DNA of 63,720 bases, counting the filler, from an uncultured bacterium (GTDB taxonomy: Bacteria; CAZDME01; JAYEMH01), in the NCBI GenBank assembly GCA_964506785.1. It is 4 parts of 4 records of this genome, joined end to end, with 100 filler letters (N's around TTAATTAATTAA, not from the genome) between each part and the next. Parts side by side here need not be neighbours in the genome. Positions count along the whole stretch, not along the records: positions 19,932 to 39,214 come from CAZDME010000024.1; positions 39,315 to 58,483 come from CAZDME010000025.1; 2 more parts are not named here. One strand, given 5' to 3'. Of this stretch, positions 37,725-48,039 are shown one piece after another. The notes below the pieces were generated by a model. That model was not told the DNA's origin and searched no databases. It saw nothing but the letters and a program-made list of their open reading frames with translations. The stretch's first letter is position 1; every line of letters begins with the position of its first letter. A program made the translations under genes and the position numbers.

Positions 37725-38777
37725 TCAATAAATCATTTGGTATTTTTTCAAACTTTCTCTAAATGGCCTTCGGGCTACTCCTCGTTCAGTAATTATGGCT
37801 TCAATATATTTATGCGGGCAAACATCAAAAGCCGGATTATAAACCTTTACTTTGGGAGGGGCAATAAAATATTTACCTATTTTTCTCACTTCTTCATTTT
37901 CTCTTTTTTCAATAGGAATGTCTTTGCCTGATTTAATTTTTAAATCCAAGGTGGAAGTAGGAGCGGCTACATAAAAAGGTATTCTATGCTCCTTAGCTAA
38001 AACAGCTAAGTTGTAGGTGCCAATTTTATTGGCTACATCTCCGTTAGCGGCAATTCGGTCCGCCCCAACAATAACACAATCAACTTTCCTTTGCTTCATT
38101 AAGCTCGCCGCCATATTATCACAAATTAGGATAAGTTCAATCCCTGCCCTTTTTAATTCCCAGGCAGTTAACCTGGCACCCTGTAAAAGAGGCCGGGTTT
38201 CATCAACATAGACCTTAATTTTTTTCCCCTGTTTATGAGCAGTATAGATAATTCCTAAGGCAGTACCGATGCCGCCGGTAGCTAAGGCCCCGGCGTTACA
38301 ATGGGTAAGAATATTCATTTCGTTTTTCAAAAGGCGGGCTCCATATTGACCAATATTCTGACACATTAATTTATCTTCGGCCAAAATCCTATGAGCCTCT
38401 TCCAGCAGTATGTTTTTAATAGATTGGACAGGTTTATCTTTATTGCTTCCGGCTACCTTTTTCATCCTTTTCAAAGCCCAGAAAAGATTGACTGCCGTCG
38501 GACGGGCAGATGAAAGATAGTTTGTTACTTTATCAAGCTTTTTCTCCAGTGCAGAAAAATTCCTAAAATTATATTTTCTTATTCCCAAAATAAGGCTATA
38601 GCCGGCCATTATTCCCAAGGCGGGAGCTCCCCTAACCTGTAACTTTTTTATCGCCCACCACGCCTCACGGATGTTTTCACAATAGCGATAAACTAAACGC
38701 CCGGGCAACTGACTTTGGTCAATAATTTTAATAACGCCCCTCTCCCATTTGACCGCTTCAATAGGGAATTTTTCCAT
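37725..38777 (-). CDS. mtnA: S-methyl-5-thioribose-1-phosphate isomerase
   Basis: VRGAPA; RPTAVNL; THCNAGALAT; ETRPLLQGARLT; GADRIAANGD; NPAFD. Confidence 0.96.
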   Translation of the reverse strand: MEKFPIEAVKWERGVIKIIDQSQLPGRLVYRYCENIREAWWAIKKLQVRGAPALGIMAGYSLILGIRKYNFRNFSALEKKLDKVTNYLSSARPTAVNLFWALKRMKKVAGSNKDKPVQSIKNILLEEAHRILAEDKLMCQNIGQYGARLLKNEMNILTHCNAGALATGGIGTALGIIYTAHKQGKKIKVYVDETRPLLQGARLTAWELKRAGIELILICDNMAASLMKQRKVDCVIVGADRIAANGDVANKIGTYNLAVLAKEHRIPFYVAAPTSTLDLKIKSGKDIPIEKRENEEVRKIGKYFIAPPKVKVYNPAFDVCPHKYIEAIITERGVARRPFRESLKKYQMIY

Positions 38778-39214
38778 AAAACCTCCCCTTTTCTAACTTT
38801 TCTTTTATAATCCGGCGTTTTCCCCAAGCCTTCCAAAAAAGGCATCTATCTTTTATTATACTGGTAATCAATCTTCGCCTAAATAGTAAAATATACCCCC
38901 AGAGTTTCGTTTCATAAAGTAAAACAGCCGGCAGGTTTATTAGAAAAAGCCCAATAGAGTCATTTTTTATCATGTTAAGATATCTATTCTTAACTAAATG
39001 GAACTGCAGATTCTCCGGTAGACAGGAAAAATAATATTTTTGGAAAAAATTTATTTTAGGCTTATCCGTTTGGGTACTAGCACCCCGTTGATGGTAAGCT
39101 AAAGCTAAAGGTGAATAAAAACACCTCCAGCCAAATCGATTTGCCCGCCAGGCTAAATCTAAATCCTCATAAAAAAATTTAAAATCTTCGTCAAAATATT
39201 CTCCGTTTACAGCT
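38758..39214 (-). CDS. Glycosyltransferase family 2, C-terminal part (5' cut by contig edge)
   Basis: Hand translation AVNGEYFDEDFKFFYEDLDLAWRANRFGW...AYHQRGAS...KNRYL, in frame with the 38758-38973 ORF. Confidence 0.85.
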
Positions 39215-39314
39215 NNNNNNNNNNNNNNNNNNNNNNNNNNNNNNNNNNNNNNNNNNNNTTAATTAATTAANNNNNNNNNNNNNNNNNNNNNNNNNNNNNN
39301 NNNNNNNNNNNNNN
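39215..39314. other. Artificial contig spacer
   Basis: 44 N + TTAATTAATTAA + 44 N. Confidence 0.98.
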
Positions 39315-40223
39315 AAGGAGAAGTAAAGGGGAAAGTAAAATTAATCCCAGAGATGAAAAAATTATATCCATAATTCTTTTAATGAAGCGGTTCCAGGCAT
39401 CGTCTAAAGGAGAACCTTTAAGCCCCAGCAATGTTACCCCGTCAAAATTCTCTATTTTTACCTGGCTGGTAATTACACCTAAAAAATCAGCCACTAACCG
39501 GAAACCAACCATTTCTTTTTCACAATCCAAAATCATCTTTACTATTTTTTCCCTGGGCAGCTCGGGCCGAGTTAAAATAACCTCATTAATTCTTTTCTCC
39601 GAAAGTATAGAGGCGAAGTTATCTAAATTTCCTAATACAGGGACGCCAAAGATATATTTATTTTGAGGCTTCTCTTTACAGCTTAGCAAACCAACCGGCT
39701 CATATCCCCAACGGGGGTTATGATAGATATTCTGCAGAATTTTTCGAGCGCTTTCATCCGTTCCGATTATCAAAGTCCGCAGGTTTTCCCCTCTCACCTC
39801 TCTCAGCCAAAGTTCAAAATTTGCCATAATCAGCCGGAAAACGGTTATCGAAAGAATGCCCGCTATCCAGCCAATAAGTAAAACCCCCCGGGAATAGGAA
39901 AATTCGCGGTAAAGAAAAGTTACCGCCATCAGAATGAACATACTGACTGTCATTGATTTAGCCACAGCCAAGAACTCTTCCGAAAAGGAGAGCCTTTTGC
40001 TTAAGCTATAAACCCCATAGGTCCGTAAAGCCAGGAGAAGAATGATAGTCACTATTCCCAGAGCCCGGACATATTCCGCCAGCGGGGGTACACCATAAAA
40101 AACAGGGATTAATCCGGATAAGAAGCGAATCCAGTAGGCAAGAAAAAAAGAAAGGTTAATCAAAAGAATATCGCCGCAAACCAAACTGACAGTAATAAAT
40201 AAATGCCTGCCTTTATTAGGCAA
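39315..40223 (-). CDS. Undecaprenyl-phosphate sugar phosphotransferase (WcaJ/WbaP-like), 3' cut
   Basis: Four N-terminal TM helices; LIIGT CoA-binding-like domain; GVPVLG; IKRIMDII. Start set at TTG 40223, behind an AGGAG Shine-Dalgarno. Confidence 0.88.
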
Positions 40224-41328
40224 CCTTTTCTCCTTTAAAATCCTGGTATATGGTAAAAATAGAATCTTTGAGTTTCTCAAGATGAACCGAGCGGGCAAAT
40301 TTCAAAGAATGCTCCCTGATAGTTTCAGAATTAAAATTCAATTTGGAGAAAGCCTTAACCGCCGCTATTAAAGACTCGGCTTGAAGCTGGTAAAAAAAAA
40401 TACCCGTTTCCCCTTCAACAACCGTCTCCTTCACTCCACCCTTTCCGTAGGCAATTACCGGACAGCCCATGGCTTGGGCTTCCAGGGGAACGATACCAAA
40501 ATCTTCCTCTCCCGGGAAAATCAATGCCCGGGCCTGGGAATAGTATCGGCGGATAATATCTTTTGCCTGCCAGCCCAGAAACTTAACATTTTTGAGGGCC
40601 GCTCTTTCCAGACGGTTTTTTTCCGGCCCCTCCCCGATGATTATCAAAGGCAGTCCTAAACGATTAAAGGCTTCCACCGCCAGATTAATTCGTTTATATG
40701 GGACCAAAGCCGAGACGATTAGAAAATAATCTTTGCAATTATGCCTCCCTTGTGCGGTAAAAAATTCCGTATCTACCGGGGGATAGATTACCCGGGAAAC
40801 CTTTCGGCCGTAGATATTTTTAATTTTTTGGGCGACATTTTCCGAAATAGCCAGAAAAAAATTTACTCTTTGAGAAGAATCTAAATCCCATTTTCTAAGT
40901 TTGGCCAGAATTAAATCTAAGGGTTTTTTTAATATTGAAGGCCAGTGGCCAAAATATTCCCCGTGAAACCCCCAGGCATAGCGCATCGGCGTCAGGCAAT
41001 AACAAATATGGCAGCTGGAAGGCACTGTCTTAACCCCTTTGGCCGCGCAATGACTGGTAGAGATAACCAAATCATATTCTTTTAAATCAAACTGCTCGAT
41101 AGCCTTCGGGAAAAAAGGGAGAAAATAGCGGTAATTTTTAGTGACGGACGGTATATATTGAAGAAAAGAGGTTTTTATCGCCATCCGCCTGATGGGCATA
41201 GAAACTCTCTCCGGATTGAAAACCAGCGTATAAAGACTCGCTTTGGGAAATAATTCGCATAATCCTTCCAGGATTTTCTCTCCCCCGCGCATACCCGTCA
41301 GCCAATCATGAACCAAAGCAACTTTCAT
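40216..41328 (-). CDS. Glycosyltransferase family 4
   Basis: MKVALVHDWLTGMRGGE; VIYPPV; EDFGIVPLEAQAMG. Confidence 0.93.
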   Translation of the reverse strand: MKVALVHDWLTGMRGGEKILEGLCELFPKASLYTLVFNPERVSMPIRRMAIKTSFLQYIPSVTKNYRYFLPFFPKAIEQFDLKEYDLVISTSHCAAKGVKTVPSSCHICYCLTPMRYAWGFHGEYFGHWPSILKKPLDLILAKLRKWDLDSSQRVNFFLAISENVAQKIKNIYGRKVSRVIYPPVDTEFFTAQGRHNCKDYFLIVSALVPYKRINLAVEAFNRLGLPLIIIGEGPEKNRLERAALKNVKFLGWQAKDIIRRYYSQARALIFPGEEDFGIVPLEAQAMGCPVIAYGKGGVKETVVEGETGIFFYQLQAESLIAAVKAFSKLNFNSETIREHSLKFARSVHLEKLKDSIFTIYQDFKGEKVA

Positions 41329-41352
41329 CTTCCGCCTATCTTTAAGTTTGCT

Positions 41353-41381
41353 ATTATATCCTATAATTAGCTGATAGTCAA
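41353..41381 (-). promoter_or_regulatory. Near-consensus sigma70 promoter for the GT4-wcaJ genes
   Basis: Minus strand reads TTGACT-17 nt-TATAAT. Confidence 0.8.
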
Positions 41382-41531
41382 GGGTTTATATAATATATGG
41401 ATGGTAAAATTGACAGATCACACCCACTAATTTTGCCTTTTATCCCGTTAAAGTATTTGCCAAAATCCTTCCATAAAGCAACCGGCCAAAAAAATACGGC
41501 AACCACAGAAAATATGCCGAACTGTAAACTT

Positions 41532-42656
41532 CTAAACGGATTCTCGATATACCTTCAAAACATCCTGCGCGGTTTTCCCCCAGCTAAAAAGTTTAGCCCT
41601 AACCAATCCTCTCTCTCTCAATCTTTCCCTGAGCTGGGAATCAGCCAAAATACGTCTTATTGCCTCAGTCAGTTCGGTTTGATTATGAGGATTGATAAGC
41701 AGTGCTGCCTCTCCGGCTACTTCGGGTAAAGAGGCCACTTTTGAGGTAATGACCGGACAGCCGGAAGCAAAGGCCTCTACCACCGGCAGGCCAAAACCCT
41801 CATAAAAAGTCGGCAAGATAAAAACCTCGGCCCGATTATACCAATAGACCAAATCTTCTTCGTCTAGATAACCGGTAAAAATTACTTCGTTTTCTAACTT
41901 TAATTCTTCAACCAGATGTTCTGCTTCCGGGTAACGGGGATCTTTTTCACCGGCAACTACCAATTTTAAATCTGAAAAAGTGCCCTTCAAATCCTTAAAA
42001 GACCGAATTAACCCGGTAATATTCTTATAGGGGTCGAAGCGGCCGACAAAAAGTAAAACCCGGGCATCAGTGGAAACAATATCAGCCAACCTTTCTTTTA
42101 CCTTATCTCTCGGCATGGGATAATAAATAGGGCTGACCCCATTATAAATAATCCTGATTTTCTCCTCTTTAACCTTCAAAAATTCCATCAGGTCTTTTCT
42201 GGAATGTTTGGAAATGGTAATAACCCTTTTTGCCTTGAAGGTCGCGGACTTCAAGATAAACTTATATAACCAGAGGAGCTTGACCTTTTTTGCCTTGGGG
42301 GTAAAATGGGGGAAAAGAAGGGGGATAAGGTCATGAAGGGTTACTACTAATCTGGGTTTTATAAATAGCGGCACAAAAAAATGCGGCGAGTGAAATACAT
42401 CCAATTTGAGCTTTTTTAATTTACGGGGGAGCAAAAATTGATTAAGAGGCGAACTGCCGGAATAAGGGACCGCCACCAGGGAAAAATTCGGCTTGCTATT
42501 GAGCTTTAATTTTTCTATAAGGGCCGGGTTATTGGAGAAGATAAAATATTCGTTCTTACTGTCTATCTCCGCTAAATTCTTAATTAAGCGCTGGGTATAA
42601 ACACCAATCCCTGAAATTTTAGGAAAAATCCAGCGGGCATCAATTCCAATTTTCAT
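41532..42656 (-). CDS. Glycosyltransferase family 4
   Basis: [30 protein letters not shown]. Confidence 0.93.
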   Translation of the reverse strand: MKIGIDARWIFPKISGIGVYTQRLIKNLAEIDSKNEYFIFSNNPALIEKLKLNSKPNFSLVAVPYSGSSPLNQFLLPRKLKKLKLDVFHSPHFFVPLFIKPRLVVTLHDLIPLLFPHFTPKAKKVKLLWLYKFILKSATFKAKRVITISKHSRKDLMEFLKVKEEKIRIIYNGVSPIYYPMPRDKVKERLADIVSTDARVLLFVGRFDPYKNITGLIRSFKDLKGTFSDLKLVVAGEKDPRYPEAEHLVEELKLENEVIFTGYLDEEDLVYWYNRAEVFILPTFYEGFGLPVVEAFASGCPVITSKVASLPEVAGEAALLINPHNQTELTEAIRRILADSQLRERLRERGLVRAKLFSWGKTAQDVLKVYRESV

Positions 42657-42691
42657 TTTTAATCACCTTTCGACTAACCAGCCTCAGATTC

Positions 42692-43822
42692 TTAATGCCG
42701 GCCGGCCATTTCTTCGTATAAAGACAGGGTCTCCTGAGCCGCCTTTTCCCAGGTAAATTCTTTTCTCCGATTAAACCCCTTTCGGACTAAATCCCTTTGT
42801 AAATTTTCATTTTTTAGGATTTCTTCCATCGCGCCGGCTATCTCCTGAATATTCCGCTCCGAAACCTTAAAAGCTGCCTCTCCGACGACTTCATTTAGGG
42901 CTTGCGTGGTAATGACCGGCACCCCGCAGGCCATTGCCTCCAGAGGCGGCAGCCCAAATCCCTCGTAAAAAGAGGGAAAAACAAAAATCTCGGCTAAATT
43001 ATAGATAAAAGGCAAATCAATATCGCTGACATATTCCGTTAAAACCACCTCGTTAGTGATATCCATTTTTCTCATCTTTTCAAAAAATCCCTGATAACTC
43101 CAGCCTCTTTTCCCCACCATGACTAATTTATGATGCGTTTTATTTCTGGCTTTAAAAACGGCAAAGGCCTCAAGCAGCCCGGAAATATTTTTCCTCGGTT
43201 CGATGGTTCCCACCCAGAGAATAAATTTTTCGGGCAATTTATATTTTTTCTTTATTGCCCCGAGCTTTTTTCTATCTGCAATTTTCCGGAAATTTTCGCC
43301 TACCCCTTCGGGGATTATTTTAATTTTTTCGTCCGGCACCGGATAAAATTTCAATAGCTCCTCCTTTGTAAACCGGGAAACAGCAATGATTTTATCTGCT
43401 TTAGCCAAAGTTTTAGGTAAATTATCATTCAAAAAAGCCAGATTCTTTTTCTCGATATATTCAGGGAACCGGCGAAAGGCCAAATCATGAACGGTAACAA
43501 CGGTTTTCCCGGATTTTACCGGCCGGGAAATAAAATTGGGGAAATGGAAAATATCCGCTTCTCCCGATAACCGGTCAAATCTGTAAGGATAGCCCCTTTT
43601 CCAGAGAAAACTAAAAACCCGGCCGGGAAGCCTTATTCCTTTATTGGTAAAATTCCCGGCTGCCTTATTTATTCCTTTAAATTTTGAGCGAAAGTTGAAG
43701 TAAAAAAGAACGAATTGATAATTAGAAGGGAGGCGCATCAGCGCTTTAACTAAAGCTTCTGTATACTTGCCTACTCCGGTTTTCTTTCCAATAACTGTTT
43801 GAACGTCAATTACAATGCGCAT
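42692..43822 (-). CDS. Glycosyltransferase family 4
   Basis: TGVGKY; TVHDL; GTIEPRKN; YEGFGLPPLEAMACG. Confidence 0.93.
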   Translation of the reverse strand: MRIVIDVQTVIGKKTGVGKYTEALVKALMRLPSNYQFVLFYFNFRSKFKGINKAAGNFTNKGIRLPGRVFSFLWKRGYPYRFDRLSGEADIFHFPNFISRPVKSGKTVVTVHDLAFRRFPEYIEKKNLAFLNDNLPKTLAKADKIIAVSRFTKEELLKFYPVPDEKIKIIPEGVGENFRKIADRKKLGAIKKKYKLPEKFILWVGTIEPRKNISGLLEAFAVFKARNKTHHKLVMVGKRGWSYQGFFEKMRKMDITNEVVLTEYVSDIDLPFIYNLAEIFVFPSFYEGFGLPPLEAMACGVPVITTQALNEVVGEAAFKVSERNIQEIAGAMEEILKNENLQRDLVRKGFNRRKEFTWEKAAQETLSLYEEMAGRH

Positions 43823-44733
43823 ACTTTTTGAAAATTACACTTTTTGCATATATTTTCATTGGATGTTCTGGCAAATTTCTCCTCATCTGTTTCATTTTTT
43901 TCTTCGGACCTTAAAAGTTTCTTCATATCGCTGATACTCCCCGATATATACTCTTTCATTCCCTCTACCAGATCGCTACTGAGCTTTAAATGGTACAAAT
44001 CGTTTTCATTTAAATCAAAGGCAGTAACATTGATTTTTTTAAAGGCTGTTTTCCATTTTTCCCTGGCATATAGGGCATAACAAGCCAGTTGAATGTTGGT
44101 GTCGTGTTTATCTATTTTTCCGGTTTTCCAATCAATAATATAAACCTCTCCATCTCTCCGGAATGAACAATCCAGCATGACATAAACCTTAACTTCGTCA
44201 AAATGGAAGAAGGATAATTCCTCCGTCTCCAGCCAGCATTCCCTGGGCATATCGTAGAGATTCTGGTATAAAGCCGAATTATAAAAATTCCTGAGGCATT
44301 TTTCCACCCGCCAGGCGATTAATTTCCAATCCTCATCGTTAATTTCGATATTATATTCGTGTTCAAACAAAGCACAGGTCTTAGGATTCTGGCGGTAAAG
44401 TTTTCTTCTGGAAGAAGCAAAGTCGGAACGCATCTTATCCATAGTTATTTTAATAATTTTCTCTATCGGTAAAGGCCGGATCCCGTGCGAAAGGTTTTTC
44501 AGGCTTCTTTCGATACAGGAATGAACGACACTGCCAATCCACATATATCGATTTTGCAGCTTTTTCAGAATATATATCTCGCGTGTTCTCTTTGGCGCAT
44601 CCAACATCCATCCGCCCCAGCTGCCGTAATAATTATAATAATATTTCCTCAAGCACGCCCTGAATATCGCATCTCTTGACTTTGACCAGGAGAATTCATT
44701 CTCAATTTTTTTCCCGAATATTAAATCTTTCAT
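43810..44733 (-). CDS. PD-(D/E)XK nuclease, AddB/Cas4-like, with a putative [4Fe-4S] staple
   Basis: SWSK...CLRKYY; GSVVH; LD...YIIDWKTG; QLACY; C-terminal CKKCNFQKVC. Confidence 0.87.
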   Translation of the reverse strand: MKDLIFGKKIENEFSWSKSRDAIFRACLRKYYYNYYGSWGGWMLDAPKRTREIYILKKLQNRYMWIGSVVHSCIERSLKNLSHGIRPLPIEKIIKITMDKMRSDFASSRRKLYRQNPKTCALFEHEYNIEINDEDWKLIAWRVEKCLRNFYNSALYQNLYDMPRECWLETEELSFFHFDEVKVYVMLDCSFRRDGEVYIIDWKTGKIDKHDTNIQLACYALYAREKWKTAFKKINVTAFDLNENDLYHLKLSSDLVEGMKEYISGSISDMKKLLRSEEKNETDEEKFARTSNENICKKCNFQKVCAL

Positions 44734-44762
44734 TTGCCGAACTGTTGGCTGTCCGGTATGGA

Positions 44763-45737
44763 CTAATCCAAGATTTCTTTAATTACATAAATCGGCTTCT
44801 GTTGGGATTCATGGTGCGCTCTAACGATCATTTCCCCCAATAACCCCAGGCTGATAAATTGAAAACCGATAATGATTAAAAGGACCGCTAATAACAAAAG
44901 CGGCCGGCCGGCAATCCCCTGATTGAAAAATAATCTCACTATGGAAAGGTAGAAAGCAATGGCAAATCCGCCGAGAGCCGCCAGCACGCCAACCAAGCCG
45001 AATATCTGCATCGGCCGGGTAGCAAAACTTAATAAAAACTTTACCGTAAACAAATCCAATAAAACCCTGATTGTCCGCGAGACGCCATATTTGGATTTTC
45101 CTTTACGCCGGGGATGATGTTGAACCTTCACCTCGGCAAAAGAAATCCCCCTGATACTGGCCAGGGCGGGGATAAAACGATGCATTTCTCCATATAACCT
45201 GAGCGTTTTAATTACCTCCCGCCGGTAGGCCTTAAGGGTGCAGCCGTAGTCGTGCAGTTTAACCTTACTGACATGAGAAATCATAAAGTTGGCTACCTTT
45301 GAAGGCAAACGTCTGGTAAAAAATGGCTCTTTCCTATTGTAACGCCAGCCGCTAACCAAATCATACCCTTCGTTAATCTTTCTAAGTAAGCTGGCAATAT
45401 CTTCCGGGTCATTTTGCGAATCAGCATCAATAGTAACAATTGTTTTTCCCCGGGCATGGGTAAACCCGGCTGAAAGGGCCGCCGTCTGGCCAAAATTTCT
45501 TCGAAAAGAAATTATTTTAATCGAGCGGTCATGCTGGTGGATCTTCTTTAAAACAACAAGGGAACCATCCTTACTGCCGTCGTTAATCCAGATTATTTCG
45601 TAGGCAAGGTGAAGTTTACTTAAAACCTCTTTTAATCTTTGGTAAAGAGCCAGGATGCTTTCTTCCTCGTTATAAAGAGGCACGATTACAGTTAAATCCA
45701 ATAATTTTTTTTCTTCTTCCATATTTTCTTTTTCCAT
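44763..45737 (-). CDS. Glycosyltransferase family 2 (ArnC/DPM1-like)
   Basis: VPLYNEE; NDGSKD; RNFGQTAA; DAD; GEMHRFIP; two C-terminal TM helices. Confidence 0.92.
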   Translation of the reverse strand: MEKENMEEEKKLLDLTVIVPLYNEEESILALYQRLKEVLSKLHLAYEIIWINDGSKDGSLVVLKKIHQHDRSIKIISFRRNFGQTAALSAGFTHARGKTIVTIDADSQNDPEDIASLLRKINEGYDLVSGWRYNRKEPFFTRRLPSKVANFMISHVSKVKLHDYGCTLKAYRREVIKTLRLYGEMHRFIPALASIRGISFAEVKVQHHPRRKGKSKYGVSRTIRVLLDLFTVKFLLSFATRPMQIFGLVGVLAALGGFAIAFYLSIVRLFFNQGIAGRPLLLLAVLLIIIGFQFISLGLLGEMIVRAHHESQQKPIYVIKEILD

Positions 45738-45796
45738 TTTTTCTCTCCCTTGTCCGCTGTTTTACGGATCCCATTCGCCAGTTACCATTCGCTAAT

Positions 45797-46714
45797 CTAT
45801 TCGCTCCAATCGGGAAACTTATTCCTAGGACAAGAGGTTAGCTGAATCCGTTTTTTTCCGTCGGCACTGATAATATAAAGATCCCAGTCGCCGTTTTTAC
45901 CATTAGGGGAAGCCGCGTAAACGATCCATTTCCCGTCAGGCGACCAGGCCGGATAATAATCAGATAGTTCCGGGGTAGTCGTCAATCTCCTTTGCTCCTG
46001 TCCGTCAGCTTCCATCAGCCAGATATCCCCGATTGAATCACTCACATCCGAAACATAAGCAATCGTCTTTCCATCCGGCGACCAGTCCGGGCGACAGTTC
46101 CCTCCCCGGCTGGTAATTCGGGACATCTTCGTATCTTCTAAGTCCATTAGGTAAACATTCCAGCCTAGCTCGCTGCCTGTAAAAAGAATTCTTTTTCCAT
46201 CTGGCGAAAAACTAGCCAGCCCGGTTCGAAAATTCACTTCGGTCAAAAGCTCTTCTTCTGCTGTATCGAGATTAATAAGGTAAATTCTTTCTTTCTGATT
46301 CCGGTCGGAGGTAAAAGCGATTTGCCGCCCATTCGGTGCCCAAGCCGGGTCATAGTTATTAAAATCACCCTGGGTTATCCGTCTCTGGTTTTTTCCGTCT
46401 GCCTCCATAAGATAAATCTGCCATTTTCCGGTCCGATTGGATTTAAAGGCAATCTGTTTCCCGTCTGGAGAATAAACCGGATATTCATCAGATGCCTCGT
46501 TATCGGTCAATTTAACCAATTTTTTACCGTTAGCCTCGATGCGGAAAATCTCCCAATCCCCGTCTCTATCTGATTGAAAAACAATCTTTCCTTTTAAAGC
46601 AGGAAGCATTTCTCCTTCTAATGAAGAGTCTTTAGCGATCTCTTCCTTTTTTTCTGCTCCACAGCCAAAAATAAACAACAGTACTATAAATAAACTGGTT
46701 TTCCTGAATTTCAC
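45797..46714 (-). CDS. TolB-like beta-propeller (PD40 repeat) lipoprotein
   Basis: Lipobox IFGC; repeated P.(W/Y/F)SPDG..IAF.S units. Confidence 0.88.
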   Translation of the reverse strand: MKFRKTSLFIVLLFIFGCGAEKKEEIAKDSSLEGEMLPALKGKIVFQSDRDGDWEIFRIEANGKKLVKLTDNEASDEYPVYSPDGKQIAFKSNRTGKWQIYLMEADGKNQRRITQGDFNNYDPAWAPNGRQIAFTSDRNQKERIYLINLDTAEEELLTEVNFRTGLASFSPDGKRILFTGSELGWNVYLMDLEDTKMSRITSRGGNCRPDWSPDGKTIAYVSDVSDSIGDIWLMEADGQEQRRLTTTPELSDYYPAWSPDGKWIVYAASPNGKNGDWDLYIISADGKKRIQLTSCPRNKFPDWSE

Positions 46715-47883
46715 CTTTCCTCCTTTACCAAACTATAAACATTTTTTATCTGGCCGAGATATTGTTTTTGGTTAAACCTTTTTAAAGCAAACTCTCTTGC
46801 TTTTTTCGCTAAGTTTTCACCTAAATTTCCATCTTCTAAAATTCTTAAAATACCTTTGGCTATCCCCTGGCCATCCACTTCGGTTAACAGCGCTATTTCA
46901 TCATTTAAAATTTGAGTATGGCTAAAAATATTCGTCGCTATCATGGGTTTGCCTGAAAAAAGATAGGAATATATTTTTAAAGGGGTATTATTCCCGATTC
47001 GGCGTGGAGAGACAAGAATATCGGCATATTTCATAAATACGGGCATCTCCCCTATCGCTTTTTCTCCCGTAAATACTATCTCATTAATCAGCCCGGATCC
47101 CTGGGCCAGCTGGCGAAATTTATCAACATTTTCTTTTTTTCCGCCGACAATAACAAATTTAACTCTGGGATAATTTTTAATAACTAATCGGGCCGCTTCA
47201 ATTAGAAGGTCTATCCCTTGATTATATTGTAAGTTACCCGTATAAAGGACGATTTTATTCCCTTTTTCTTTCAATTTCTCGAGTAATTCGATACTTTCCG
47301 GAGGTGGGGCCGATTGAGCTTCAGTCAAAGGTAAATTCTCAATTAAAAAGATTTTCTCTTTGTTTACCCTTTCCCCCGCCCAATTTTTCAGATATGGACA
47401 AATGGCAATAACGGCGCTGGAATTTTTCAAAAGCCATCCCTCGGCAATTTTAGCTAAATTTAACAAGAATGGACTGGCAATAAATTTATAATTGACCAAT
47501 TGTTCCGGAAGGCTTGAGTGCATATCATACATATGGAAAAGGCCGAATATCCTCTTTAGTAAAGCCCCCAGAAACCCTGCTTCTTCATGGCTGTGAATGC
47601 AGTCATAGTCGCCTCGATAAACAAACCAAATAGCCTTTAAGAAAAGAAAGAAATCCAGAGGAATTTTATTCCAGGACGGCCCAATCTTAACATCTTTTAT
47701 CCAGAAGGGACGAAAAGAGCGAAAAATACGGAGGCCGGCTAAATTAACCTCATCTCCTAAAGGATAAGTAAGCAAATCGACTTTATAACCAAGCTGGCTG
47801 AAAGCCTCAAGCCTCTGGCGGATGCTAAAGGGTGTTCCTCTAATTCGGAAAAACGGCTCTGGCGCCACCATCAGTATTTTCAT
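46711..47883 (-). CDS. Glycosyltransferase family 4
   Basis: MKILMVAPEPFFRIRGTP; YDMHSSLPEQ; TPLKIYSY. Confidence 0.9.
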   Translation of the reverse strand: MKILMVAPEPFFRIRGTPFSIRQRLEAFSQLGYKVDLLTYPLGDEVNLAGLRIFRSFRPFWIKDVKIGPSWNKIPLDFFLFLKAIWFVYRGDYDCIHSHEEAGFLGALLKRIFGLFHMYDMHSSLPEQLVNYKFIASPFLLNLAKIAEGWLLKNSSAVIAICPYLKNWAGERVNKEKIFLIENLPLTEAQSAPPPESIELLEKLKEKGNKIVLYTGNLQYNQGIDLLIEAARLVIKNYPRVKFVIVGGKKENVDKFRQLAQGSGLINEIVFTGEKAIGEMPVFMKYADILVSPRRIGNNTPLKIYSYLFSGKPMIATNIFSHTQILNDEIALLTEVDGQGIAKGILRILEDGNLGENLAKKAREFALKRFNQKQYLGQIKNVYSLVKEER

Positions 47884-47914
47884 AATAATTTCTATCTAAC
47901 TTTTTTTGTTTTTT

Positions 47915-48039
47915 GGCTATCAGCCATTAGCCACTTTGGCTCTTAGCTTTTTCACATTACACATCACACATTACACGTTACACAATTTTATTACACACAA
48001 CACATTACACAATTACAATGAGCCAAGAGCTATCAGCCA
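47915..48039. repeat. Nested intergenic repeat: AGCCA/GGCT-type arms around a (CACATTA)n heptamer tract
   Basis: CACATTA CACATCA CACATTA CACGTTA CACAATT (47953-47987), flanked by TTGGCTCTTAGCT and GAGCCAAGAGCT. 20 bp (47929-47948) are identical to 54602-54621. Confidence 0.85.

Noticed and set aside
38758-40223. Apparent continuity of glycosyltransferase genes across 39215-39314, and the two asnB genes near carA across 58484-58583
   Set aside because: Different contigs. Lengths fall in order (at least 19831, then 19283, then 19169), suggesting size-sorted concatenation, so adjacency is uninformative.
41397-41531. Possible gene remnant or small RNA between two GT4 genes
   Set aside because: Only a short hydrophobic reading without a start and no convincing structure; cannot be supported.
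43810-44733. CRISPR-Cas locus suggested by the Cas4-like gene and repeat tracts
   Set aside because: No cas1/cas2 or effector genes, and no array of constant repeats with unique spacers; the tracts are 7-mer tandems.
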